Shown here one piece after another: positions 8,215-18,143 of a stretch of 64,000 nt of DNA (position 1 is the stretch's first letter; every line of letters begins with the position of its first letter). Source of the DNA: Deltaproteobacteria bacterium (GTDB lineage: Bacteria > Desulfobacterota > Dissulfuribacteria > Dissulfuribacterales > QOAL01); NCBI GenBank assembly GCA_026995935.1, contig JALWNK010000018.1, positions 1,245-65,244 on the forward strand, written 5' to 3'. The notes under the pieces were generated by a model. It was given only the letters and a program-made list of their open reading frames with translations. It searched no databases and was not told where the DNA came from. Position numbers and translations under genes: made by a program.

Positions 8215-9558
8215 TCACTTGAGGGAAAGGGCCTTTTTGAGCCTCTTTTTTGTCTCCCGCACCAGCACTCCGCTCAGGCCAATAAGGCCAATGAGGTTTG
8301 GTATGGCCATGGCCCCGTTCATGGTGTCTGAAAAGTCCCAGACAAGCCCCACCTTTTGAAAGGCCCCAAGGGCAATAACCGAGCAAAAGACAAACCTGTA
8401 GGGCATCCTGGCCTTTATGCCAAGTATGTACTCTATGCATTCTTCTCCGTAGTAAGCCCAGCCGATCATGGTGGAGTAGGCAAAGATTGCAAGTCCAACT
8501 GTGACGATGTATCCGCCAATTCCTGGAAGCCCTGTTTCAAAGGCGCAGTAGGTGAGGGAGCTAGATGTCATGCCGTTTTTCCACACACCTGTGGTAAGTA
8601 TCACCAGGGCAGTCATGGTGCAGATTATGATGGTGTCGAAAAAGACCCCTGTCATGGCGATGAGTCCCTGGCGCACAGGGTCCCTTGTCTTGGCAGCCGC
8701 ATGGGCAATGGGTGCGCTTCCAAGCCCTGCCTCGTTGGAAAATACCCCGCGGGCAACACCGTAGCGTATTGCCTGGGCAACCCCTGCCCCTGCAAAGCCT
8801 CCCACGCCGGATGCAGGAGTAAAGGCGTGGGTTAGGATGAGGGAGATGGCCTCTGGGATCCTAGTGAGGTTCGCGACAAGGATTGCAGCTGCACCTGCAA
8901 CGTAAAAGAGCCCCATAAAGGGAACGAGCCTTTCCGTAACCTTACCTATGCGCCTTATCCCCCCTATGATCACAGTTCCTGTAAGAAGGGCAAGGATAAG
9001 TCCTGTCACCACCTCAGGCACATGAAAGTGGCCCTTGATCACCACGGCAACGGAGTTTGACTGCACCATGCTTCCTATTCCAAAGGCGGCAATGGCACCC
9101 ATTAGGGCAAAGAGCCAGCCAAGCCACTTAAGCCCAAGGCCCTCTGAGATGTAAAGCATGGGGCCGCCCTGCATGGTGCCATCCGGGAGCACCCGCCTGT
9201 ATTTGACTGCAAGGACCGCCTCTGCAAACTTTGTTGCCATGCCAAAGATGGCACATATCCACATCCAGAATATGGCCCCTGGGCCCCCAAGAAATATGGC
9301 AGTTGCAACCCCTGCAATGTTTCCAGTACCAATGGTTGCTGAAAGGGCGGTGGTAAGGGCCTGAAGCGGGGTGATATCCCCCTGGCCAGCCTGCTCCTTT
9401 CCTCCCCTTAAAAGGAGCCTGAGTGCCGAGGGCAGTTTCGAAAACTGTATGAACCTTAGCCTTATGCTAAGATAAATGCCCGTTCCAACCAAGAGAGCCA
9501 GCATATATGGCCCCCATACAAAGGAGTTTATGGTTGCTATGATTTTGGATATGTCCAT
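8215..9558 (-). CDS. alanine/glycine:cation symporter (AGCS family)
   Basis: 447 aa polytopic protein. Blocks ALSATIGTGNIAGVATAI and GGPGAIFWMW are typical of sodium:alanine symporters. Confidence 0.9.
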   Translation of the reverse strand: MDISKIIATINSFVWGPYMLALLVGTGIYLSIRLRFIQFSKLPSALRLLLRGGKEQAGQGDITPLQALTTALSATIGTGNIAGVATAIFLGGPGAIFWMWICAIFGMATKFAEAVLAVKYRRVLPDGTMQGGPMLYISEGLGLKWLGWLFALMGAIAAFGIGSMVQSNSVAVVIKGHFHVPEVVTGLILALLTGTVIIGGIRRIGKVTERLVPFMGLFYVAGAAAILVANLTRIPEAISLILTHAFTPASGVGGFAGAGVAQAIRYGVARGVFSNEAGLGSAPIAHAAAKTRDPVRQGLIAMTGVFFDTIIICTMTALVILTTGVWKNGMTSSSLTYCAFETGLPGIGGYIVTVGLAIFAYSTMIGWAYYGEECIEYILGIKARMPYRFVFCSVIALGAFQKVGLVWDFSDTMNGAMAIPNLIGLIGLSGVLVRETKKRLKKALSLK

Positions 9559-9577
9559 GTCTTTTTCTCTGATTTTT

Positions 9578-10561
9578 TTAAGGGACCAGAACAGCGGCGC
9601 CCTTTATCCTCCCGTTTCTTAATGCATCAAGAGCCTCATTTGCCTCTTCCAATGGAAAGGCCCTGGTGTGAAGGTCAATGGATACCTCAGAGGCAACCTT
9701 CATGAATCCCCTTCCGTCCTCCCTCGTGAGATTGGCAACAGACCTTATCTTTCTTTCTTCCCACAAGAGGGAGTAGGGAAAGGAGGGGATGTCGCTCATG
9801 TAGATGCCTGCGCATACTACTGTTCCCCCCTTGTCCAGCGCCTTTAGAGACTGAGGCACAAGGCCTCCAATAGGCGCAAAGATTATGGCAGCATCAAGCT
9901 GTTCAGGAGGAAGGGTGCTTGAACCCCCTGCCCAGTGCGCGCCAAGGTCTCTTGCAAACTCCTGTTTCTCATTGTCTCCATCCCTTGTAAAGGCAAATAC
10001 TTTCGCCCCTTCATGAAGGGCCACCTGGCAAATTATGTGGGCAGAGGCCCCAAAGCCGTAGAGGCCAAGTCTTTGGGCGTTTTCTGCCATTTTGTAGGAC
10101 CTGTAACCAATGAGCCCTGCGCAAAGAAGCGGGGCCGCCTTTTCGCTGGCATATCCGCCAGGGATCTCAAAGATGAAATCTTCAAAGGCTACGCAGTATT
10201 CTGCATAGCCTCCGTCCACGGTATATCCGGTAAAAAGTGCATTTTCGCAAAGATTTTCAAGGCCCCTATTGCAATACCTGCACCTTCCGCAGGCATGGGC
10301 AAGCCACGGAACCCCAACCCTGGTGCCAATGGAAAAGTATTTAGCCCCTGAGCCTGCCTTTTCCACCCTTCCGACTATTTCATGGCCCAGGATAAGGGGG
10401 AGTTTCGGGCTCTCAAGTTCTCCATCCACAATGTGAAGGTCTGTCCTGCATACCCCGCAGGTCTCAATCTTTATGAGCACCTGGCCCTTTCCTGGCTCAG
10501 GCCTTGGAACCTGCTTGAGCCTGAGTCTTTCTCCCTGTTTTTCAAGAACCATTGCGCGCAT
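9578..10561 (-). CDS. zinc-dependent alcohol dehydrogenase
   Basis: 327 aa. Motifs CGVCRTDLH, GHEIVGRV, structural-zinc CGRCRYC, and Rossmann GLYGFGASAH. Confidence 0.9.
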   Translation of the reverse strand: MRAMVLEKQGERLRLKQVPRPEPGKGQVLIKIETCGVCRTDLHIVDGELESPKLPLILGHEIVGRVEKAGSGAKYFSIGTRVGVPWLAHACGRCRYCNRGLENLCENALFTGYTVDGGYAEYCVAFEDFIFEIPGGYASEKAAPLLCAGLIGYRSYKMAENAQRLGLYGFGASAHIICQVALHEGAKVFAFTRDGDNEKQEFARDLGAHWAGGSSTLPPEQLDAAIIFAPIGGLVPQSLKALDKGGTVVCAGIYMSDIPSFPYSLLWEERKIRSVANLTREDGRGFMKVASEVSIDLHTRAFPLEEANEALDALRNGRIKGAAVLVP

Positions 10562-10579
10562 GACCGCCTCCTGATGATC

Positions 10580-12448
10580 TTAACGTTTTAAAAGGCCTTC
10601 CCTGTACGAAATGGTATTATTTCCAGGGGATAAAAGCCGCTGAAGGGTCCTTTGGAGCATTTTAAATTCCTCCCCGTTTTTCAAAAACCCCCTTTTAACT
10701 GTAACTGTCCTTGTGCACAAAAGCCCCTTTTGGGAGACGTGGCAGCCATCACTCCAAGAAAAGGGGCCGATAATGCCGGATGACCCGTCTGGGACCTTTT
10801 CAGGGATAAGCCCGTCCGGAAAGGTTACCCTTGCCTGTACAGTCTCCTTCATAGGCCTTTTTATGAAAACATCGCTTTTTCTTTTTGGTGGCAGGCCAAA
10901 GAAGGTGCCAATAAGGCCTGGCGCCTGAATGGGAAAGAAGAACAGCCTGTTATTTTGAAGGCTGAAGTCCTTGACCTTGTATCTGGCATTTATTGTAACC
11001 TCTGAAGAGCCTGGGGTAATGCCAGTTATCTCTAGCGGAGATAGGGGCCTTGCCAGGGGGTGGAGGGAGTGGAAGAATATGGATTGCCTGACCTTGAACT
11101 CCCCAGGGGTAAGGTCCCTAAATGTCTTTTTGAGGGATACGGCCTTAAGCCCATAAAAGCCCCCGTGGTAATCGACCGTAAAGGAAGAGGGGGATGAGAG
11201 CCTTGTGTCAAATTCCTGTGTGGCCTCCTGGATGAATGCATCCTTTACGGTCTCAAAGGAGCCGTCTTTAATATTCAGTGCCAACTGGCCGTTAAGGCCT
11301 GTAATTCCAGGTGGTGCCTCCTTGATATCAAAGGAGTAATATTTCCCGTCTGTCCGTACAAGAAAGGTGTTAAAAAAGGCTGGATCATAGCAGTCCTTAA
11401 GACCCTTAAGCCAAACGCCGCCGGAGTTTGCCGCAAGGATTTGGTAATCTATTCCGCTTAAGTCAAGAAGCTTGCAAAATAGCAACATGGCATCCATCTG
11501 GCTTCCGTAGCCCCTTTTAAGGGTCACATCCGGGGCAGAAAATGCCATGTTTGATCTGAAAAAAGCTATGGGAAATATTTCAAGCCTCTTTTTGAGCTCA
11601 AGGTAGATTTCATCAGCTGCCTTACCCTTAAGGCCCTTTGCTATATCTAAAAATCTCTTTCCATTTTCCCTTGTGGAGGCAAGCAGGAGCCTTTTAAGAA
11701 GGCCTGACACATCCTTCCATGAGCCTAGAGTTGAAAAGATAAGGGTGTCTGCCCTGTTTTCCACAGGTGGCATCATGGGGTCAGGAATGAGCCTTGGAAG
11801 GTCCCGTCCCTGCCAGGAATAGACTGTCCTTTCATTCAGGGTCTTTTTAGTGCTCTTAATGGAATTTGATGCAATGTGTACGGAAAGTGTTAGGTCTTTG
11901 GGAAGGGAGACGGTCACCTTCTTGACTCTAACTGGGTTTAGTAGTGAAAAGGGCTCAACGGCCCAAAGTCCTAGACTTGAGGTCTTTTTGAGCACAAGCT
12001 CCACTGTGCATCCCTCCTCCACAGAGGGGAAATTTACAACCTTCAGCCTTGAGGCAGAAAAGAGGGATGCGGCCTGGGTTGAGGGGTCTGAGATGTCGTG
12101 GATCTCTTTTTTCGTAACTGGGACGATTTTGCCCTCTGGTGTGATGGTTTTTGCATATATGATCTTTATGCTTTCAAACTCGCAGTTGTAGGAGGTTTTG
12201 AAATCGGCCCAGCTCTTTCGTCCCTGGTATGTGTTTATGAGAGTCTTGACATGAAGGGTCAACGTATAGTTTCCACTTGGTGAGACCTGATAATTTTTTT
12301 CAACCAAAAGGATGACGGCATCTGGCCTTTTCTGTGGATTAGGAGACGCCCCCATGGCGAAAAGGTAAGTTGACGTAAAAATGGATAAAAGGAGCCCCAG
12401 GCAAAACAGGCATAAAAGGGTGGAAGATCTGGCGTTTTTCATGCTCAC
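10580..12448 (-). CDS. DUF3857/transglutaminase-like family lipoprotein, catalytic Cys/His apparently lost
   Basis: 622 aa with a signal peptide. Collinear with the upstream paralogue, but the core reads GYGSQMDAMLLF (Q where Cys is expected) and FNTFLV (T where His is expected). ATGA overlap with the upstream gene. Confidence 0.6.
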   Translation of the reverse strand: MSMKNARSSTLLCLFCLGLLLSIFTSTYLFAMGASPNPQKRPDAVILLVEKNYQVSPSGNYTLTLHVKTLINTYQGRKSWADFKTSYNCEFESIKIIYAKTITPEGKIVPVTKKEIHDISDPSTQAASLFSASRLKVVNFPSVEEGCTVELVLKKTSSLGLWAVEPFSLLNPVRVKKVTVSLPKDLTLSVHIASNSIKSTKKTLNERTVYSWQGRDLPRLIPDPMMPPVENRADTLIFSTLGSWKDVSGLLKRLLLASTRENGKRFLDIAKGLKGKAADEIYLELKKRLEIFPIAFFRSNMAFSAPDVTLKRGYGSQMDAMLLFCKLLDLSGIDYQILAANSGGVWLKGLKDCYDPAFFNTFLVRTDGKYYSFDIKEAPPGITGLNGQLALNIKDGSFETVKDAFIQEATQEFDTRLSSPSSFTVDYHGGFYGLKAVSLKKTFRDLTPGEFKVRQSIFFHSLHPLARPLSPLEITGITPGSSEVTINARYKVKDFSLQNNRLFFFPIQAPGLIGTFFGLPPKRKSDVFIKRPMKETVQARVTFPDGLIPEKVPDGSSGIIGPFSWSDGCHVSQKGLLCTRTVTVKRGFLKNGEEFKMLQRTLQRLLSPGNNTISYREGLLKR

Positions 12449-14379
12449 TTATCCCTCCATGCCTCTTTTTTAACAAGTATTGGCAGGTACTCCTGCCTTA
12501 GGAGCTCTGCCTGAAGTCTAAGAAGCTCAGGGTAGGCCTTGGGAGGAATCTCCAGGGCCCTGTTTACAAACTCCCTTTCAACTACGAGTTTTTTAGGGGC
12601 AACAGAAAAGTTTGTGGTAAAGGCAAAATGGGTAGTCACAATGTCGTGGACGTTTGGCAGGGAATATTTCATGCTCCTCATTGGCATTTCCATTTCCTCT
12701 TTAATCACCGTCTTTACCGCATAGCCAAGCCTTAATGGGTATCGCCTTTTGGTCATGGACGCCTTTGATATTATCCAGCTATCCAAAAGCCCCATCTGCC
12801 TTGAAAGAGAAAGGAGATAAAGCCTGCCACCATAAAGGGCGTCTTTTATTTCAAAAGAGCAGCCAAAAGAAAAGGGCGTTTTCGTATCGCCAGGATCGGT
12901 CCATGAAAGATTTTTTACTTTAACTCCTGGGCGCCTTTTTCTTATTAGGCCTTTAAGGAACCTTTTTTGCTCATCCCTTGTCTTTGACATGAGTATGCTC
13001 CTGAATGCGGTATCTATAAAGCCTCTAGTTTTTACAGAAATCGTTCCAAAAATACTTCCGTTCTCATTTAAGGTGTTCTTTATAGACATGACAAAGAGGT
13101 TTTTTGAGGGTGGATTTACAGGTGTTAGAAGAAGACCTGAGCCATCTCTTGTTGCAGGCAGGCACGAAGAATCCTGCTCGTAGTCTGGCAGGAACTGTTT
13201 GCTGGTATCTGAGGTCGGGTCCATGAAGACCTCTGGCCTTCCTGACTTGTCAAGTATTGCGCAAATGGCATGGTTGAAATAGGGAACCGGTATCTCCGGG
13301 TCGAGCTTTCCTCCTGCCTTAATTAGAACAGGCACGGCATTAAAACCCGCTATCCTAAGCATTGATACGAGAAGTGCGGCCTTGTCCCGGCACACCCCGT
13401 ACCTTCTTTTAAAGGTAAGGCCCACCTGGTGGGGTTCAAATCCAGGCCTTTTTGCCTCCTCTATGAGCCCCATGTACCTTATCTTCCTTGAAACGAAGAA
13501 GAATAGCGCACTGGCCTTCTCCATTTGGTCCTTCTTGCTTTTGGTAAGCTCTTTCACCTTGGCGACTATATCTTTAGTAGGCTTGAGTTTGGGTTCAGAT
13601 AGGTTGTAATACCAGCGGGATACCTTCTTCCACGTCTTCATTGTGGAAAAGAGAAGGCGCATTGCAACCCTTGAGGTCTCAGGCATGCCTGGCTCAGGCA
13701 CAAGCTCTTCAACGTCCTCAAACTTCCACTGATATGTCCGGTTTTTCCCATGTACGCGCTTGGTGAAGGAGACCCTTGCATCCGAGCTCTTGTCCTTTAA
13801 CAGGTGATAAAGGGGCTTTTTTGCAGGAAGTGTTATCTTAAGAAGAATCTTTTTTGCCGGGAAGGTGTGCTGCAATATGGCATTTCCGAAAAATTCTCCC
13901 TCTATCATGGGCTTAAAGTTTTCTACCACTACCTTGTAGTGGATGGTATCTCCAATGGAGAGGCCTGGAATAAAGATCCTTATAACCTTCTGGTTTGGGT
14001 CGTAGATATTCATCCGGGTGGTTTGGGCAGGGTTGGTAACCCTTGAGTTGGCCTTCCAGTCTATGGTGCTCTTTCTGCCGTCTGGGTGTATGAGCTCAAA
14101 GGCCGTTATCCTGAGCCTTGAATAGTTTTTGTTCAGAAAGAAACTCTGTACCTGCTGCTGTCTTTTCCCCTTTTCATCTAGGACCTTGAGGAATATCTCA
14201 TCGACATCGGTGTATGTGCCGTCTGCATTCACTGTTATTTCTTCCCTTTCCCTTTCAAGGATGCAGTGGGCCTTGTTAGTAGAGGCAGACAGGGAGAAGG
14301 GTAAAATCATCTGAATAAACCATGCCCAGAAAATAAGAAGTGGCAGGTGCTTTAGGAAATGGTTTCTTATGTTGTCCAT
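12445..14379 (-). CDS. DUF3857 plus transglutaminase-like cysteine-protease-fold protein
   Basis: 644 aa with a signal peptide. Transglutaminase core YGVCRDKAALLVSMLRIAGFNAVPV ... FNHAICAI ... FMDPT (Cys-His-Asp). Confidence 0.75.
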   Translation of the reverse strand: MDNIRNHFLKHLPLLIFWAWFIQMILPFSLSASTNKAHCILEREREEITVNADGTYTDVDEIFLKVLDEKGKRQQQVQSFFLNKNYSRLRITAFELIHPDGRKSTIDWKANSRVTNPAQTTRMNIYDPNQKVIRIFIPGLSIGDTIHYKVVVENFKPMIEGEFFGNAILQHTFPAKKILLKITLPAKKPLYHLLKDKSSDARVSFTKRVHGKNRTYQWKFEDVEELVPEPGMPETSRVAMRLLFSTMKTWKKVSRWYYNLSEPKLKPTKDIVAKVKELTKSKKDQMEKASALFFFVSRKIRYMGLIEEAKRPGFEPHQVGLTFKRRYGVCRDKAALLVSMLRIAGFNAVPVLIKAGGKLDPEIPVPYFNHAICAILDKSGRPEVFMDPTSDTSKQFLPDYEQDSSCLPATRDGSGLLLTPVNPPSKNLFVMSIKNTLNENGSIFGTISVKTRGFIDTAFRSILMSKTRDEQKRFLKGLIRKRRPGVKVKNLSWTDPGDTKTPFSFGCSFEIKDALYGGRLYLLSLSRQMGLLDSWIISKASMTKRRYPLRLGYAVKTVIKEEMEMPMRSMKYSLPNVHDIVTTHFAFTTNFSVAPKKLVVEREFVNRALEIPPKAYPELLRLQAELLRQEYLPILVKKEAWRDK

Positions 14380-14499
14380 TTAATGCTCCTTGTTATCTCT
14401 CAAAGACAAGACTATCCCAAAAAGTCTTGGCAAACCACGATTTTTGGCGAGACAAGAGTATACGTTGAAAAAAGGTCAGGGTCGCTTTATGGTTAGGCC

Positions 14500-15117
14500 A
14501 TGGATTTTATACCGGGTTTTTTGAGAGATTTTTTGGACTGGTTGATGTACGGGGTGCTGACACCGCTTTTTTCCTCCATTTCACACTTTTTGCAAGTGAT
14601 TATCATCACCCCCCTTGAGGCCATTGGTGCTCCCCTTTGGCTTCAGGTAACCCTTGTGGCCCTTTTGACAGCTGGAATATCGATTTTTATCAGGAAGCTC
14701 CTCCGGGTTGACGAAAAGGAGGCTGCCTTTCAAAAGGCCTTCATGGAGCGAAAAAAGGCCCAGGAGCTCATTCAGCAGATTGATGACTGGAAAAAGCAGT
14801 CAGTCCTGTACGATGCAAGCGACAAGGAGCTTGATGAGAAATTCAACGAGTACCTTGCCCAGAGGTTTGCAAGGTACGGTCTCACCTATCTCATGCCTGT
14901 TTTTTTTGCCCTTTTCTGGCTGGATCACATACCCTCAGTTGTCAGGCTGAAGGAAGAGACAGGGGCTGCGTTTGTAATTGCATTTCCAAGTGCCGTTAAG
15001 GGCGTAAGCGGTATTTCCCTGCCACTTCTTTTTATGACTGTATATTTGCTTGTGATCTTTAGCTATTTCAAATTTCGTCCGAAAAGGACAATTGAAGAGG
15101 CTATTTCTCAAGATTAA
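14500..15117 (+). CDS. hypothetical integral membrane protein
   Basis: 205 aa. Hydrophobic segments flank a charged helical stretch EKEAAFQKAFMERKKAQELIQQIDDWKK. No family recognised. Confidence 0.5.
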   Translation: MDFIPGFLRDFLDWLMYGVLTPLFSSISHFLQVIIITPLEAIGAPLWLQVTLVALLTAGISIFIRKLLRVDEKEAAFQKAFMERKKAQELIQQIDDWKKQSVLYDASDKELDEKFNEYLAQRFARYGLTYLMPVFFALFWLDHIPSVVRLKEETGAAFVIAFPSAVKGVSGISLPLLFMTVYLLVIFSYFKFRPKRTIEEAISQD

Positions 15118-15142
15118 CCAGCCCCGATTGGTGGATTGTGTG

Positions 15143-15160
15143 TGCAACCTTTTAGTTGCA
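15143..15160. promoter_or_regulatory. palindromic operator candidate TGCAAC-N6-GTTGCA (copy 1)
   Basis: TGCAACCTTTTAGTTGCA read directly, in the rex upstream region. Confidence 0.45.
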
Positions 15161-15321
15161 GTTTAGCTTAGGAAAAAAGATACAAGATTACCATCCCTAT
15201 TTCCATCCCAAAGGTTTCCTTAATTTCCTGAAAAAACATGTAAAAAATTTCGCGTTGGATTTTTTTCCCGAATAATTTGCTCGTCTTCAAATAGTGAAAT
15301 TGGTCTCAATTAGAGTATTGG

Positions 15322-15339
15322 TGCAACCTTTTTGTTGCA
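15322..15339. promoter_or_regulatory. palindromic operator candidate TGCAAC-N6-GTTGCA (copy 2)
   Basis: TGCAACCTTTTTGTTGCA read directly, 138 nt upstream of the rex ATG. Confidence 0.45.
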
Positions 15340-15476
15340 TTTTGGGGGATTTTCGCAGGAAATTTCAGTGATACCTGGTTGGGTGATTTTTATAACAAAC
15401 TGAAATTCCAGTTATTTTTTGTGGAGGCATATTTATTGCTATTACTGGTTTCAACCAAATTACAGGGGAGGTAAAG

Positions 15477-16220
15477 ATGAGAAAAGAAAAAATCCCAGCT
15501 GCTACAATCATACGATTGTCAGTGTACCAGCGGTATCTCAAGAGGCTTCTTGCAAAAGGAGTAAAGGTGGTTTCGTCAAGTGAGCTTGCCTATGAGGCAA
15601 GCGTAAACCCTGCCCAGCTCAGGAAGGACCTTTCATACTTTGGCAGATTCGGTGTCAGGGGTGTGGGATATGATGTCGCCTCCTTGCTAAATACCATATC
15701 TGGCATTCTGGGTCTGCTGGACGAGTGGAGGGTGGTCCTTGTAGGGGCGGGTCCCATTGGCCAGGCCCTTTTAAGGCATCCCCAGTTCTCCAAGCAGGGC
15801 TATGTCTTTGAAGCAGTGTTTGATTATGATAAAAATCATATAGGAAGAGAAATGGAGGGAGGCCTTTTGGTACAGGATATCAAGGAGCTTCCAAGGGTCA
15901 TTGAGGAGAAGGATATCCAGTTGGCGGTGCTGGCTGTCCCCTCAGAGAAGGCCCAGGAGATGGCAGATATCCTTGTGGAGTGCGGAGTAAAGGGAATATT
16001 GAATTTCTGTACCACAAGAATTCGTGTGCCAAGGGGTGTGAGCGTCCAGTATGTTGACTTTACCATTCTTTTGGATACTCTTACCTATAAGATATCTCAA
16101 AACAATGCCAAGGGATCGGAAGATTCGGTAAATTCCTCTAAGGCAAAATGGGCCAGGGAACACAGCTGGCCTGTTGTGCAGTCCAATATTCAGAGGCAGG
16201 GTGTCAGTTTAACCAGTTAG
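15477..16220 (+). CDS. rex: redox-sensing transcriptional repressor Rex
   Basis: Motifs IPAATIIRLSVYQRYL, NPAQLRKDLSYFGRFGVRGVGY and Rossmann VVLVGAGPIGQAL. At 247 aa it has a C-terminal extension of about 35 aa. Confidence 0.9.
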   Translation: MRKEKIPAATIIRLSVYQRYLKRLLAKGVKVVSSSELAYEASVNPAQLRKDLSYFGRFGVRGVGYDVASLLNTISGILGLLDEWRVVLVGAGPIGQALLRHPQFSKQGYVFEAVFDYDKNHIGREMEGGLLVQDIKELPRVIEEKDIQLAVLAVPSEKAQEMADILVECGVKGILNFCTTRIRVPRGVSVQYVDFTILLDTLTYKISQNNAKGSEDSVNSSKAKWAREHSWPVVQSNIQRQGVSLTS

Positions 16221-16238
16221 TGCAACAAAAAAGTTGCA
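16221..16238. promoter_or_regulatory. palindromic operator candidate TGCAAC-N6-GTTGCA (copy 3, 7-bp arms GTGCAAC/GTTGCAC)
   Basis: TGCAACAAAAAAGTTGCA starts one base after the rex stop and lies 28 nt before the ATG at 16266. Confidence 0.45.
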
Positions 16239-16265
16239 CAAAAACAAAAGAGAGAGGAGAGCACT

Positions 16266-17942
16266 ATGAAGAAGAGGATTTTTGGTCAGGTCTTTACGGT
16301 CTTTTTGATGATGATTTTTGCAGCATCATCTGCGTGGGCAGTTGAGGCAACCTTGACCTCGGACAGTGTCAAGGCTGGTAAGCCCATTACCGTTAAGGGC
16401 AAGATCGATCCGGGACAGGACATCTACATTGTGGTTTGCACCGAACAGATGTTCAAACCGGCAGATGCCCCGGGGAGTAAGGAGAGGTCAAAGCTAACAA
16501 AGAAATTCGGTGACACTGCCATCCCGCCTACCTACTACGTCATCACAAACAGACCCGAGGATCTGGCAACACCAAAGAGCGTTGCCAAGGGTCAGACAAG
16601 CGGGCCTTTTGCATGGCCGCCGTTTAAGTTCATGGTTAGGGTCAACAAGATTAAGAAGTGGTCGGAAATTCCAGACAATGTCAAGGGTCAGCTTGGTCCA
16701 GTCAATACGGAAAAGCAGTGGAAGTTCCTGATCTTTACCCACGAAAAGAAATTCGGCATCAACACAGTCTCAAAGGAAAGGCCCATTGGTGGCGGTAATG
16801 CCAGGATGGTTATGACCGATTACGCCACCCAGAAGGAAGATTGGAACAAGGGCGTCACCCTCAAACTCAACAAGGAAACTGGCGAGTTTGAGATGACAAT
16901 GACACCGTATAAGAACCTTGCTCCTCACACCAAGATGGCAGTTTACGTAAACGGCCAGAAGACGGGGGGATTCACCATTATTCCCTCTACTTTCTATTTC
17001 ACCACTGCATGCTGCTACATGAACCCCTTGATAGTTCTTCTGGGTGCCTTCATAATCGGTGTCCTTTTCGTTATCATGGGTGCTGCTGGTGGTCTCTTTA
17101 CGGCTGCATACCAAATTACAGTTATTGGAACCAAGGGCCCAATAGGTATCAATGCAGCTAACACCATTAAGCCTACTAACCTGTTCCTTACACTTTGTTC
17201 ACCAATTACAGGCCTTATTTCCTACTTCAAGGCCAAACGTTTTGCATGGCCCGTGGCCATATTCTTTGCCCTTGGTATTTTGATTGGTGCCTTCTTCATT
17301 GGACCAACGTTTTCGGCAAAATACCTGCCACTTAAGGCCTACAAGTTCTACCTGGGTATTATCTGTTTGCTCATCGGCTTTAAGCTCTTTCATGAGTCTC
17401 TGCCAAGCACCATTGAAAAGAAAAAGGCCCTCAAGGCCATTGTCCAGAAGTTCAACAAGGCAGTTGAAGAGGCCAAGAAGACAGGTAAGGCCGCAGAGCT
17501 TGGTAAGGTGGAGTTTGATAAGTTCAACATTATCAAGTTTGACATGAGGTTCTGGGGTGAAACATTTGTTGCCCGTCCGCTTACCATGCTCATCGGCGGT
17601 ATCATTATGGGTATGATCGCTTCATCCTTTGGTGTTGGTGGTGGATTCATGTTCATGCCCTTCATGACCACCTTCATGGGTTACCCAATGTATTTGGCCG
17701 TTCCAATTGCCTTGGCAGGTACCTTTGCAACCTCATGTGGTGGTATTGCAAAGTACATCCTCATGGGATATCAGCCAGACTGGATCATGGCAGCATGTAT
17801 TGCCGGTGGTGCCATTGGCGGCGGTATGGTTGGCCCGAGGATCCAGAAGAAGCTTCCTGAGATCTTCCTGAAGAGGATGCTTGCTCTTGCGCTCATCATC
17901 GTCTTCATGAAGTACACCAAGCTGCTGCCCTTCATGAGATAA
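16266..17942 (+). CDS. TauE/SafE (TSUP, DUF81) family anion exporter with a large N-terminal extracytoplasmic domain
   Basis: 558 aa. Signal peptide, then a soluble domain of about 250 aa, then TSUP repeats MGAAGGLFTAAY and SSFGVGGGFMFMPF. Confidence 0.8.
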   Translation: MKKRIFGQVFTVFLMMIFAASSAWAVEATLTSDSVKAGKPITVKGKIDPGQDIYIVVCTEQMFKPADAPGSKERSKLTKKFGDTAIPPTYYVITNRPEDLATPKSVAKGQTSGPFAWPPFKFMVRVNKIKKWSEIPDNVKGQLGPVNTEKQWKFLIFTHEKKFGINTVSKERPIGGGNARMVMTDYATQKEDWNKGVTLKLNKETGEFEMTMTPYKNLAPHTKMAVYVNGQKTGGFTIIPSTFYFTTACCYMNPLIVLLGAFIIGVLFVIMGAAGGLFTAAYQITVIGTKGPIGINAANTIKPTNLFLTLCSPITGLISYFKAKRFAWPVAIFFALGILIGAFFIGPTFSAKYLPLKAYKFYLGIICLLIGFKLFHESLPSTIEKKKALKAIVQKFNKAVEEAKKTGKAAELGKVEFDKFNIIKFDMRFWGETFVARPLTMLIGGIIMGMIASSFGVGGGFMFMPFMTTFMGYPMYLAVPIALAGTFATSCGGIAKYILMGYQPDWIMAACIAGGAIGGGMVGPRIQKKLPEIFLKRMLALALIIVFMKYTKLLPFMR

Positions 17943-17967
17943 AGGGAAGACATCAGCCAAATGATAA

Positions 17968-17997
17968 AAGGCCGCCTCAAAAGGCGGCCTTTTTTAT
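17968..17997 (+). terminator. rho-independent terminator
   Basis: AGGCCGCC (17969-17976), loop TCAAAA, GGCGGCCT (17983-17990), then TTTTTATTT. Confidence 0.8.
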
Positions 17998-18143
17998 TTC
18001 TCGATGTCAAAAGAGCAATCAGGTTTTCAAATTTTTAGGTTAGGTCATAGATGACCGGTTTGAAAAAGCAGTAATCATCAACTTCAACGATTAACGCGGA
18101 TTTTTTTGAAGGACCCTTAACCGCCTCCCACAGACTGGTTATA

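Noticed and set aside
16221-16238. Interpreting the third GTGCAAC/GTTGCAC palindrome as the rex transcription terminator
   Set aside because: It has a 7-bp stem with an A6 loop and is followed by AAAAAC rather than a U-tract. The same palindrome occurs twice upstream of rex, where a terminator makes no sense, so an operator is more likely.
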